DNA of 64,000 nt, taken from NCBI RefSeq assembly GCF_030144855.1, contig NC_082731.1:25110001-25174000 (forward strand). The letters run 5' to 3'. Numbering within the stretch: the stretch's first letter is position 1; every line of letters starts with the position of its first letter. Source of the DNA: Hypanus sabinus. Taxonomy: Eukaryota. The position numbers were made by a program, and so were the translations under genes. Of this stretch, positions 51,290 to 63,592 are shown piece by piece. The notes beneath the pieces were generated by a model that was given only the letters and a program-made list of their open reading frames with translations, was not told where the DNA came from and made no database searches.

Positions 51290-52291
51290 ATTATTCGGTT
51301 CCACATAGAGTAATACAGAGCCCAAGAAAGTGTATATGAGAAGTCAGAAAAGATTAAAAAATAAAGAAACGCCATTTAGATTACATCTGTTCATCATAAC
51401 AATTACTTCAAAATGTATTCATATAAGTTAATCAATTGTTATTCTAATCGACGCTCATTTATGACAAAAATATCTAACCCCTACAAGACCGAAGCTGTAC
51501 ATTAAGGAAAAAAGAAGGCAAATAACTTCTTATGTAATTAAAAATATAATAATGATCAACCTCTGAGTTTAAATAACGAACTGAAGGTATTGAAAATCAT
51601 TCAGAAAAGGTCCCCACAAACAATGTTTGCAAGTCTTGACAAGTATCAGAAATAGAACAGCGAATCTTCTCTAAGTCAAAATATGACATAACGTCACACA
51701 ACCCTTGAGCATGAGATGGAGGAAGAACATCTTTCCATTCAAACAAAAGCGGCCTCCTAGCTATAGGAGAGCTGAATGCCAAAATATGCATATCAAATTC
51801 ATTGAACTTAATATCTTGTCCTGCAACATTACCAAACAGAGGCCGTCAGGAAAAATTTTGAAAAACATCCATCCAATATTTTTCAAGATTCCCGCAGGTC
51901 CAAAGAATATGAATTAATGAGGCGTCTACGTTATTACCATTCTTGCAGTAGGGAGATATATCTCAATAAAAGCTTATCCTTAGTCATATGAGCTCTGTGT
52001 ACCACCTTAAATTGTACAAGGGAATGAAAGGCACATAGCGATTAAGTATGAACCAGTTCTAAATAATTAATTCAAGTTTCCAGACACATCGATGTCTGTA
52101 AATCGTGTTCCCAAAGATTCTTAATTTTGTCTAAAGCAATATTCCTTGTCTCAAGCAAAATAACATAAATCTCAGATACTGAACCATTATGAAAAGCTGT
52201 CAGACTAAAATTATGTCCAGTAAGTAAGTACCGGAGCTTTTACAGAATGAACATCATTGAGATCTTTAAAAAGTCTCTAATTTGTAAATCT
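51290..52291 (-). mobile_element. L1/Tx1 LINE ORF2 3' part; continues at 57640-~58240 beyond the nested Gmr1 element
   Basis: LCAFHSLVQFKVVHRAHMTK and LQIRDFL. Beyond the insertion: W.RRGI...DQFIGGNF and FFDSLDS...YIWKNKPP.LNK.HLQK. Confidence 0.78.
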
Positions 52292-55200
52292 ATTTTTCCA
52301 ATCCAGCGAAAATGAATATATAATTGAGTACAGTTTCTTAAACAAAAAAAAAATTAATAAACTCTTCTCCAGAAAGAAAATAAACCGAAATGTAGACAAA
52401 TGACTAACTTATCCGAAAGTTAACTGCTATACGTCAACGCGAACAATTCTTAAATGCAGCAGTCCAAGAGAAATTCGGCCAATTAGGAGAGACTTTCCTG
52501 AAGTAACAAATTCCTCGACGAAGTGACGTTTCTGCTGATCCTGGCCGAAATATGCCTTCCCCGAAGGATATACGACGAAGCAAATAAAATGGCTTAAAGG
52601 AACTGACATTTTTTCTTGGCGAATAACGCTGTGCCCAAACTTTTCTGCTTTCACAATGCAGGAGCCCTCTCTAGTGTGTAGGTTATGACTTAATTGAAGA
52701 TTCAACAAGGTCGATTCTGCATTATCGCCGACGACACCATCTGTACTCGATCTTTGGTGTTCCCGTACTTCGGTAAATCTTCACTGTCCAATGTTTAGAA
52801 TCTAAAATGTAATCGAAGATACATCAAACATAACTGGCAGTGATTTTCAAAACTGCCAGCACAACTTATGGAAGAAATTATGCAGTATTAACAGAGTAAT
52901 TGACGAATAAACGGCATCACAACACAAAAAAAGTCTTGCGACACAACCGGCTTTCTCATTTATATCTGTTGGAACAGGTCATCACGTGACCTAAACCAGA
53001 TGGGATTTATATCAGCCCACCATCAAAAGACCATTACATCATGCTCACCAGTTTCTCCATTACATCATGGTCATAAGACAGCCACACGATGAGCTCCTGG
53101 TATGTAACACCTCCCTCGAAAAAGATTTGCCTGTTATGTGCAAAATTTTAACAAGTAAATTAAAAAAAAATACAAATGCATAAAGTTCATCACACACACA
53201 GTTTACATTGCGTTATCATACACCTTACAAATTACCAGAGAGTAGGTGCGTTACAAATGTTAAAATATCACTCTAAAACATTACATTCTACATTCAACAT
53301 CTGGGTAGACAATCAGCAATCACATTATCTTTGTCTGCAATATGAGTTATCAAAATATTGTACTCCTGTAACATCAAACCTTTGTTGCTATATTGGAGTT
53401 AAATGTATATTATAAAACATGTTTATTAACCAAGCACGGACTTACAACAGAACCAAGCTAAGTCACGGTGACATGACTAAATTCATCTTTAGCTCGGTTA
53501 ACAGTTAAGTTCGTTTTTGAAAGTATTTCAAATAGTTTCAAACTGCAGTAATATGTGCTTCCCAAGTATCATTTCCTGTAATTGAATCGTCATTATAGGC
53601 ATCTGTATCTTTTAACCCATGAACCACAGAATTAATCTGGAAAGTACCTGGGGCATGCTCCATCCTAAATAGAAGAACATTATATTCATGTAACCCAGAT
53701 GTGGCTACAAATTTAGTAATCTCTCTACCTCTATCCGTCAATAGAACAGACCAATACGCTTTTAATAATACAATGTTTGTATGGACCTTCGCTTTTCCGA
53801 CTTTATCTACACAATCATCCACTTTAACAATTGGATGCGCATCTGTTTTCGTTACAGCATTCACCTTCCTGCAGTCCCTACAAAAACGAATACTACCGTC
53901 TTACTTAGACACAATGACACAAGGTGAATTCCAGTTCGAATTGGAAGGTATAATAATATTATTCAGCAACTTATTCTTAATTTGTTTCTCAGCAACTTCA
54001 CATTTTCCATGTTCATCTTATATGGATGCTGCTTGATGCGCTTTGCATCTCCTTCATCAAGTGAAGCTACTGTGGTTCTTGTTGGAACGTCTGTAAATAA
54101 ATCCCTATGTTTTAAAAATAATTGTTTCATTTGCTGCTTCTGCTCTGGTTGTAAATTAGCTAATTTCTCATCAATATTTTTTTCCAAATGGGTGAGTTTT
54201 GTAGACTGGCAGAAACAATATTTGCTTTGGAATGAGTTTCAGATGAATCATCGTTTAAATTCCAAGTGAAGTCAGGCTGATTATTATTGACCACAACTGT
54301 CATCATGCAGACTGTTTCTTGTAATATGGATTTATCATATTTATATGACAAAGTTGTTTTGGCCTCCTTCGATCTGGAATTTTTAATCACATAATCTATA
54401 TCATTAACTATATCTATATCATGGAAAAGAACCAACATCTTACCTCCAGATTTGAATGACCTCATCATAGCTGCTTTATCATGCCAGGTTTTCATTTTCT
54501 CCTGAGCCGAATTTAAATTTTCCCTGGCTAAGTTACAATCTGTCCTTAAATTTTAAAACTTAATCCAACAAACTAGTGTGTACCTCTTTATTAATCAATT
54601 GTTCTTTAATACGGCCAAATGTCCTGCAACTCTATGCGTAAATACAAGTTCAAATGGCCTTAAAGTTAATGAATCCTGTGTTGACTCCCGTACTGCAAAT
54701 AGCGGTAAGTGTATGCCCTCATTTTCATTTTCCACTCGATACGCCGATACACTCAATCATTGTCTTTTGGGTAGAATAATACCTCCCCAAGACTCCGTGC
54801 GATTCTGGATTGTATGCAGAGGAGGTAAACTGCTTAGCTCCCAGTTTATAAACTATCTGCTGAAGCAATTGAGAAATAAAATCATGACCTTGAACAGATT
54901 GTATTTCCTTAGGAAACCCAAAATAATTAAAGAAATTTATAAAAGACTTTGTTGCAGTTTTAGTAGTTATATTCCTAAGTGGTACTCGCTCTAGAATCCT
55001 AGACGCGGTGCAGATGATGGTCGGCAAGTATTGATGGGCAGTTTTTCTTTTTGGTAATGCGCCTGCACAATCTAAAATAATTTTCGAATACGTTTCTGCG
55101 AATGCGGGAACAGTTTCAAGTAGGGCCACTGGAGTAACTTGGTTAAGGTTACCCACTATTTGGTAAATATGACACGCTCTGCAAAAGGTCGCCACACCTT

Positions 55201-57639
55201 TTCTCAAACCACGCCAGTAAAAATGTTTAAAAACTTTGTTCACAGTTTTCTTCACCCCTTGGTTTCCACACAAAGGTCCATTGTAGGCTAAAGTTTAAAT
55301 CTGATTTCGATAAGTTTTAGGAACTACTACCTGCTAAATAAACTTACCTTCATCACTTGCAGGAATTGTCAGCGATTTCCACTTCCTCGTTAATATTTTT
55401 TTTCAAAATAATATCCTACTGAAACCTTCCATTAATTTGACAATTTCAGGGTCTGTACTCTGCTCTGCTATCATCTCCATCTGAGACAGAGACAAATCTT
55501 CAGTGTCAGACATACTCACAGAATCTTGGTTAATCAATGACGGTAAGAAAGTTTCTGACATATCCTGAAAATTCGCATCCCGAATAGAACAGTCACAGGC
55601 AACATCCTCATCCTGCACTTCAAGCTTTTTAGCCATAGCTCAAGTTTCAGCACATCAGGAACCTGTGTTAGAATTCATCCCTGGTTCCTCTGACATTATT
55701 ATCAAATGCACTTCAGGAAAACCTGTGCATCTGTCAAGTTATTTCATCACAATAAAGAGACATCCTTCACGGATAAGCTAGGTTGTAGTCCTACATTACC
55801 ATTTCTTGTAATTAACCCTGACCTGAAATGTACTCTATGCAAATGTATAGGGATAGGGGCACTCCCAACACCTCGTATATAGTTTACATCACCGGTGCCG
55901 GACTTTTTATTAAACTTAACACATTGTCTAACGTCAGTGATTGAGTAGCTCCTGTATACCTAAGGATTTTTTTCCTGAAACCTGACATCCTCTTTTAAGG
56001 ATACACAGCCTTCAGTTTTTAAATGATCATATCCCTATTTAACTTTGTCAGATTCTAACATACCTTCATTTGTATTTATCAAACCCTGCGGATTTACAGG
56101 TGCTTCAGTATGTTGCACAAAACCACCTGGCAACGCATCCTTCTCCTTCTTCTTCAATCGTAAACTGTTAGCTATAACATGACCAGGTTTTTAACAATAA
56201 TTACAATTGGGACCAAACTGTATTTCCTTCACATGTTTTCTTCCATTTTAGCTTTCCCACTAACTTCTGATTTAATTTCTGGTTTATCTTCTCTCTCTGA
56301 GCTGTTTTTCCTTTTAAAACTTCTGCAGTGCGGAAATTTACTCTTGTGGATTAAAGCAAGCTAATTTAGCAAACTCCTGCAATGTAGCAGTATCCGTCTC
56401 ATGTTAGTATGTCCTTACTTCGACAGGGATGATCCTTTTAAATTCCTCCAGTAAAATCAACTCTTTCATTTGTTTTATAGACCCATTTAGATTTTTTAAG
56501 GAACCCCATCTCTCCAAACACACAGCTTTATCGTAGGCAAATTCCACGAAATTTTTTGCAACAGATTTCTTCAAGTCTCTCAAACAGTCTCTACAACCTT
56601 GTAGAACCACTTCGTACAACTTCAGTATTTTATGCTTTTCAATATTATAATAAAGTGCTTGCTCAGCAGTTAAAGCTGTATAAACATGTTGTGCTTTGCC
56701 TTTAAATACACTCTGTAACATCACACACCATTTCCCTTTCGGTCACTCAGAAATCAGAGCAACAGTTTCACAATTTTGAAAATATTTGTCTACTCCTTTT
56801 CTCATTGAACGGAGGAACCAACTTAATTTCCTGACTAACAACAAAAGTTTTTTTTTGAAACGGAAGGCTGATATCCGACTTTAAGGTTGCCATCGCAAGT
56901 TCACACTCCCTCTTTTTTTGAATTTTCAGCTTCTGACCCACTTAGTTCCAAGTTAGCTTCCGATTGTTTCTGTAATATCTCAGCTTCTATTCTGCGCGTT
57001 TCTAATACTGCCTGCTCCAGTTGTAAATGGATCGCTACTTCACTCACAGGGAACCTATCGTACGCCGTTTTATCAACAAGACACGAATCTATAAAATGTT
57101 CCGCGATTTTTCTCTGAATTACAGGCTTTGTTATAGCCCTCCAAATACAACTAAGTTCCAGACTGCTTGCAATCACAGCTATATCACTCTTTTTTTCGCC
57201 TTCTACGCGTCTGGCAATGCAAGAAATTTGTCAATATTCATTGTTGCCGAATAGAACACATAAGCCAATCAAAACAAACTATCGGGTAGTTCAGTTTTCA
57301 CAAACAGACAGTTAATTAAACAAGCATTTAAATACAGAAATGATTTCATATCGCGGACTAGCCCCCAATTGTTATGATTAGGCAACTATGAATACAGAAC
57401 ACAACACAGTTTTACATACAAATAACTATTTATTAAACACTTGGCAACAAAAAAAAAGTAAACAAGCGGCTAACTTTACCGGAAGTTAACTGCTATACTG
57501 CAACAGGTCATCACCTGACTTCAAACAGGCGGGACGTTACATCACCCCACCATCACACAACCATTACATTGTGCTCAGCAGATACTGAATTGCATCATAG
57601 TCATAAGATAGTATCAAGATACTCAAGCGGTACGTAACA
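52292..57639 (-). mobile_element. Second Gmr1-clade Gypsy element, inverted relative to the first
   Basis: LTRs at ~52292-53109 and 57370-57639 (the latter internally deleted); PPT next to 53110. PBS TGGGGGCTAGTCCGCGAT (57350-57367, 16/18 to tRNA-Pro). Gag (57180-56180), IN (54725-55273), then RT (54190-53540). Flanks ATCT/ATCC (imperfect TSD). Confidence 0.88.
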
Positions 57640-58140
57640 ATCCGAAAACAACGTGTTTTAGGTAAACTATATTTAGCCGACAATTGCTTAAATCAACAAA
57701 GTTACCTCCAATAAACTGATCCCAGAATCTTTTAATACCCCGTCTATGACATTCCTTAAAAACTAAAGTAATCACAACGTGTTCTAAAAACTGAATAAAT
57801 GGCGCTTGAAAGGGAGAAACTCAATATGCAGACCCTCAGAATATGTTTAACTATTAAATTATTAATTAGTTTAGTTAGAGATAAAGGAAGTGAGGAGCCA
57901 TGAAAAGAAACAATAGTATCTTCATTAAGGGAGTTTGGTGATAAAGAAACCGATACCGGACAATCTACAGGATTAATATATTATAGCCAAGACGTAATAT
58001 ATCGTATGTTAACTTCCCAGTAATAAAACCTAAATTTCTGGCAGGCTAAATCTCCAGTCATTTATATTTTTGAAGATGAACTTTATTTAAAATAGGAGGT
58101 TTATTCTTCCAAATATAAGAGGATCAATTAGAATCAAGGG

Positions 58141-58889
58141 AGTCAAAAAAGTTTTTAGGAATAAATCAAGTGAGTCAAAGAAGGATTTTGGAATAAATCT
58201 TCCCTCCCGCTTTGAGAACAAATTACGGACTCTGCCTCCCGCTTCGGGCATGTAACACTTAGATGTATCTTGTACGGCTTTAACTTCTCCCTTTTCCGAT
58301 TTAAACTTTGAAATTTCAAATATATTCAGTCGAATCTGTACAACAATAGTTATAATTATGGCTACTTTGAATACCACCAGGTGAAATCCAGACCCAACTA
58401 AAGGAAAGTTTAAAAAAGATGACGATTTCTCCGAAGAACCCTCTTGGGTTAAGAGAGTAAGGTCTCGAATGAGCTTAATCAGCGGATCGGCACAGAAATA
58501 ACTCAACTAAAAGTGAAAGTGGAAGAAAAAAATTGACTCTTTGATCCTCGAGCTTAAAGAAGTTACTCGAAATGCGGCTGACCTTTCGTCTCGTTTGGAT
58601 AAGGCTCAGCAATGACTCGAGGATTTGGAAGATCGCTCACGTAGGAATAATATTCGAATTGTTGGATTAAAAGAGAAGCAGTTCCCCGAAGTACAAATTG
58701 ATGTAAATATAGTAATAAAATAAATTATATTTCATTATTAGAAAATAGAAAAGGAAAAGTAATGTAGTGCAAATCAAGTCCAGATATTTGGAAGGCAGAG
58801 TCCGTAATTTGTTCTCAAAGCGGGAGGGAAGATTTATTCCAAAATCCTTCTTTGACTCACTTGATTTATTCCTAAAAACTTTTTTGACT
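58141..58889. repeat. Perfect 97-bp inverted repeat (58141-58237 / 58793-58889), 555-bp spacer
   Basis: Base-by-base reverse-complement match. Confidence 0.92.
58430..58680 (+). mobile_element. L1 ORF1 fragment
   Basis: LEDLEDRSRRNNIRIVGLKE, the L1 ORF1 coiled-coil/RRM junction motif. Confidence 0.8.
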
Positions 58890-60404
58890 TTAATACTGCG
58901 ATATTACCTCTCGTCTTCTGAAGTCAGTCCCACCATTGATGGAAACCAAGGCACCATATGCCTTCTTAACCACAGAGTCACCTACGCAGAAATGTTGAGT
59001 GTCCTATGGACTCGGACGTCAAAAGCCACTGATTTTCCACTCCGTCAGGAGTGTTACCATTAATAGTAAGCTATCCCATTAACTTTGGCCTACCAAAATG
59101 AACTACTTCACCGTTATCTGGGTGGAACTTCATCTGTTACTTCTCAGACCAGTTGTGTATCCTATGAATATTTGGCTGAAACCTCAGACGACCCTCCACG
59201 CTAACCACAACACCCCCAATGTGTGAAGATAGATAACAAAAGGATATGCCATGATTTAATGGTGGAGCGACCGATGTCTATTGGTCTTACTGTTTTACTC
59301 AAATTAAGTACCATGTATTCTATGATTTGTTTATTCTAACTTTGACCGTGAAGCGTTTAAAAATAACAGTCACATCTGTTATCTACTGGGATAATTCGAG
59401 AAGAAAGCGAAATCGCTTCCGTATCTCAGTGACTACACTTTTTTTCAGCCAAAAGAATTGTTTGAAAACTTCAGTGTTTCATTATTAGACGCAGTTGTCA
59501 TGCGCAGAACATTTCTTCCGTCAGGCTTCTGTTAATCCTCCAAAAAATATTGGAAAATCGTTGATAAATTTGTTCTGCACGACGCCCCGGTAGGCACATT
59601 GTAGCGGTCATGATCTGGAATGAAACGCCGTCCAGCAAGCTTATGACATGAATTTTACATTTTTATATCAGGAAATGAAATCTTCGCAAAACATTACAAT
59701 GCTTATCACAAGATTACGCCCGACAAAAATGCTGAGTTCCCCTTCTAGCCTTCAAGCGATTAGTTGCTCTATCTGTTTACATGACTCAAAACACAACAGT
59801 GACTTATCGGGAACGGAGAGTGAATGTTTGAGTGATAGTGAAAGGCAGAGTGGGAGCGTGGGATAACGATATCAGAGAAAAAGAGACAGACATGTTATTT
59901 CGTTTCCATAAATATTTACTGAAATAAAACAAAAAAATTATCCACGCACTGAAGTTTAATCAGCACTATCAAAAAAAGAAGAATAAAGAAAAAAACTCTC
60001 GTATACCGTGCTTCACGGTGCATCAGCAATATTTCTAATTATGGAAGACCGACGATGTACTCTGACCCGTAAAAAAGTCCATCGGTTAAACTGCTTGTCT
60101 TAGTAGGGACAGCTATTTGAATCTGCTAGTGCTAGCATCTAGTTATGTTGATAAGTCAAGTGATTTTTTTTGTATCGAAAATACATTCGACGGAATCACC
60201 TAGACTGCAGTCTTAATTTATCGCACAGTTTGTATCTCAAATGAATAGCAGAAAAGCCGAACAACATTGAGGAGCTGTTTGTCACACACACCATTTTTTT
60301 TTTCTTTCGAATCCTACAATTCTCCAAACCCACTCATATCCATGTGAAGAGGCTGGACCCCCACCGTCTCTTTCCTCGCTTTTCCTCTATTCCCGTCAAC
60401 TACG

Positions 60405-60650
60405 TAGAATAGTCGAGAGTGTTGTGGATCTATGGAATGCTCTAACACACAAGGCAGTGGAAGCTAATTCTCTGGATGCTGTCAAGAAAGAGATAGATAG
60501 AGCTCGTAAAGAGAGCGGAAACAAGGGATATGAGGAGAAGGCAGGAAGTGGATACAGGTTGTGGATGATCAGCAATGATCGCATTGAACGGCGGTGCTGG
60601 CTCGAAGGACGGAATGGCCGACTCCTGCACCTATTGTCTATTGTCATCTG
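60405..60650 (+). mobile_element. CR1/SINE 3' fragment
   Basis: gtggatctatggaatgctcta...gcagtggaagc...ggctcgaaggacggaatggccgactcctgcacctattgtctattgtc. Confidence 0.75.
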
Positions 60651-60848
60651 TCAGTAGTAATTATGTAATTTCCTTTTTGCAGCTCACCATCTTATTGTAT
60701 TTATTAAAAGAACGAGGCGTTAGCCCTATTGGCGTTAAAGCAGTCAGGGAGGAGCTTGCAAAAAACTTGAGTATAAAAAGAACCACAGCTATTGCTCAGT
60801 AAACTTGACGCTTTCTCGCGAAAATGTAATGCGGAAATAGTGTGGCAA

Positions 60849-60856
60849 CGACGTCA
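60849..60856 (+). promoter_or_regulatory. CRE-like element of the V promoter
   Basis: CGACGTCA (7/8 to TGACGTCA), ~110 bp upstream of the leader ATG. CRE elements are typical of TCR V promoters. Confidence 0.5.
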
Positions 60857-60965
60857 CTCCAGAACAGCAAACGCCAATGTTGCCTCCGTCCAGTTTTGAG
60901 GAATAGCTTAACACAGCTGTCTTGCTCACGGTCTTAGAAACTATCTGACACCCGAGGACGAAACA

Positions 60966-61008
60966 ATGAACTTTCTCTTGAACGTCACCCTGTTGCTCTG
61001 CTTTCGCG
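60966..61008 (+). CDS. Leader exon of NAR-TCR V (cassette D)
   Basis: ATG..., MNFLLNVTLLLCFR, then a phase-1 donor G|GTGAGT. Intron 61009-61154 ends ttttccag. Confidence 0.9.
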
Positions 61009-61154
61009 GTGAGTACTGGTAATAACTTTCCGCAATACGCGAGTTAATATAAAACTGAACGAGTAGATTCAGAATTTCATAAACACACTGCATGAGCCTT
61101 CTTCCGTATTTATCATCTAATGCCGCTTTGTTTCTCTGCATGCTTATTTTCCAG

Positions 61155-61436
61155 ACTTCTTCTGCCAGTCAGTGACCCAGAGCCCGACCGCAGTGACAAA
61201 ATATGAATGCCAGTTTCTCGCCATCACATGCAGGTTCCACGCTAGTTGGGGGGATAAATTTGTAACCGGACAGTTCTTCAAACAGACGCAGCGAGGAACG
61301 GGATTGAAACCTATCTACACAGGAGAAAAATTTAGGATAACGGAAAATAAAGATGAAATGACAATTACCCTGAATATTGTGAATCTTGTAGTAAAGGACA
61401 GCGCCACCTATTTCTGTAAAGTTAAATATGAATATG
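61155..61436 (+). CDS. NAR-TCR (IgNAR-like) V exon
   Basis: DFFC|QSVTQSPTAVTKYECQFLAITCRFHASWGDKFVTGQFFKQTQRGTGLKPIYTGEKFRITENKDEMTITLNIVNLVVKDSATYFCKVKYEY. Only 61 aa separate the canonical Cys (CDR2-less, VNAR-like). Extra FR1 Cys at 61208-61210; followed by a heptamer. Confidence 0.92.
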
Positions 61437-61476
61437 CACAGACCTGGGAAAGGGTTTCACGCCGTACCCAAATACT
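61437..61476 (+). other. Degenerate 23-type RSS of NAR-TCR V
   Basis: CACAGAC (5/7); best nonamer CCAAATACT at a 24-nt spacer (6/9), or ACCCAAATA at 22 (5/9). Confidence 0.7.
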
Positions 61477-61790
61477 CGCTATAAATAATCCCATCTACAC
61501 CTTAAAGAGCGGAGTTAATCTGCCGTTAATTCCAGGAGGCACTTCGCCTGCGCTCCATCCAGAATAGATTGTATTGTACTGGAAGTTTGGTGCTCATTCT
61601 CTGGTTCTATTCTGTTCTAAATTTGCTTGGATGAAATGACCTCCCACAAAACTTGTGTAGTGAACAGCAACCGAAAATTATTTCCGCACTTTCTAATCAC
61701 ATACTGCAGTTCGGAAGCTGCTCCAATAGCAATGAATCTGGAAAAGAAAAATAATATCAAAGCCGTTATCTCCGGCCCACTCCTGATTTG

Positions 61791-61860
61791 CGATTTGAAA
61801 CTGACATATATCACTGTGGATTTTGGGTGGCACACAACGGAGTATAATCGAACACAAACT
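61791..61860 (+). other. NAR-TCR D segment (61819-61832, gattttgggtggca) flanked by two 12-RSSs
   Basis: cgatttgaa-12-CACTGTG | D | CACAACG-12-ACACAAACT. The nonamer position is conserved in the paralogous pseudo-D. Confidence 0.85.
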
Positions 61861-62193
61861 CTCGGCACAGATAAAGTCTCCATTCTGGAGTCTATTCTGG
61901 ATTCCTGTGTTGAATTACCTTCATACTGTGACCTAATGCATTCCATTGTACTTAACACCTTTCAGGGATTTTAATTTGACATTTGCTGCAGGTTGGGGAA
62001 CCGAGATTCGGAAAGTAGGATGTGTCCTTTTTATAAAGTTTTCTTTTTCACAGATAACTTTACAAGGGTTTGTACAACACCGGATGTTGTTAAAGTCTGG
62101 AATGGATGTCCATTCTCCCATGTCGGTTTCTGATTTAAACTGAGGTGACGTTGATTATTGTACATTGAGACAGTGAGTCGGGTCGCCGTATAT

Positions 62194-62250
62194 CACCGTG
62201 GTACTTATTATGAAGATGGGCCTGGATCCACGGTTACTGTCACCGCCGGT
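62194..62250 (+). CDS. NAR-TCR J segment (62201-62248) with heptamer and splice donor
   Basis: CACCGTG heptamer (62194-62200); TYYEDGPGSTVTVTA (IgNAR-type DGxG motif); phase-1 donor G|GTAAGT matching the acceptor at 63593. Confidence 0.92.
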
Positions 62251-63592
62251 AAGTATCTGAACAGGTCAAGTTCATTCAAGGTTCTAGTATAAGCAGTTAT
62301 GCTGTACATAATAAATAAATGGAGATTTCGGAAATATAAGCTATAAAGTTGAGATTGATGAAGAAAAACGGGGTTAGGTTGCCAGGCATCAGGTCGTCTA
62401 AGGAAAGGTACAGCCAGAGTAAAAACAGCACATCATCTCTGTACCCATGCAGAGCGAGTGGAACCGTAAGGGTTCCTTCACATATAGAGGCGGGCTAATT
62501 GCTCTGACAGCAAGTGGTTCTGGGGATAATAGAAGTCAGGATGATCTTCGATCTGCACATAGTGCTAGCAAGTTTGATGGAACTTCACAACGATACTGCG
62601 CGAATGGACAGATCCACAGATACTGCATGTTCTAATACTGAGAATGGAATTCGATTTCGTACACAAACTATAGATGCAACTAGTCAGTGGAGACGCCCAA
62701 TTACGAATAAGTCCGGGAGACTACCCGTGAACATGTGAACACACCATGTGCAGTAAAAGTGGAACCTGCAGTGTCATGACCGAATCAAAAGTACATATGA
62801 AAACAGACTGACATGTGATTAAAACGTAGGACGAATTGGCACAGCGAATGGAGAAATAAGAGAAAATCTGCAGATAATGGAATTTCAAGCAACACCCGCA
62901 AAATACTCGAGTAACTCCGCTAGCCAGTTGGTATAAATAAATATCCCGATGAAGTGTATCTGCCTCTAACATCGCCTATTTACCTTTCCCATAGATGCTG
63001 CTTCACCGTTGGAGTTGCTTCAACATTATAGCCGTATTACAGCGAATGGTTAGGAGGTTTTAACACGTTGTGTACTGAATTTAATATGAAGACTGCTTGC
63101 GTTGCTGGTCCACATTCAAAACATGGAAAATCATTGATCTGAATCTGGTAAATCCATGAGCAAAATATTTCTAGGGAATGCATCGGTCGTTGAAAATGAA
63201 TATATTGTTCATTTTTTTTACTGTTCTTCTTTCCTTTACAGAAATAAAAGAAAAAAATAGAAATTTACATAATCGAATAGATAGATTCCGCATCTCTCTC
63301 TGAGAGCTGAATGTGGGAGATAATTTCACAAATGTTCTACAATTTCATGAAGTCTCGTGAAGTTTCACATTTTACAGTATTTGTAGGTAATAATTTCATT
63401 TTTCCTGCATCACCATCTGCCAATTATTTCCCCAACGCGAGAAGTCGCTGGAAAAATTATCAACAACAATAAAAGCTTCTTGTAGACATTGTCAACAAAC
63501 CCAGCAGGTGTGAATGTTTCGAATATTCCAGTTGGGGGCGGATTCAGCAACAATAATCAAATAATAGTGATGTCTCTTTTAAATTCTTTCAG

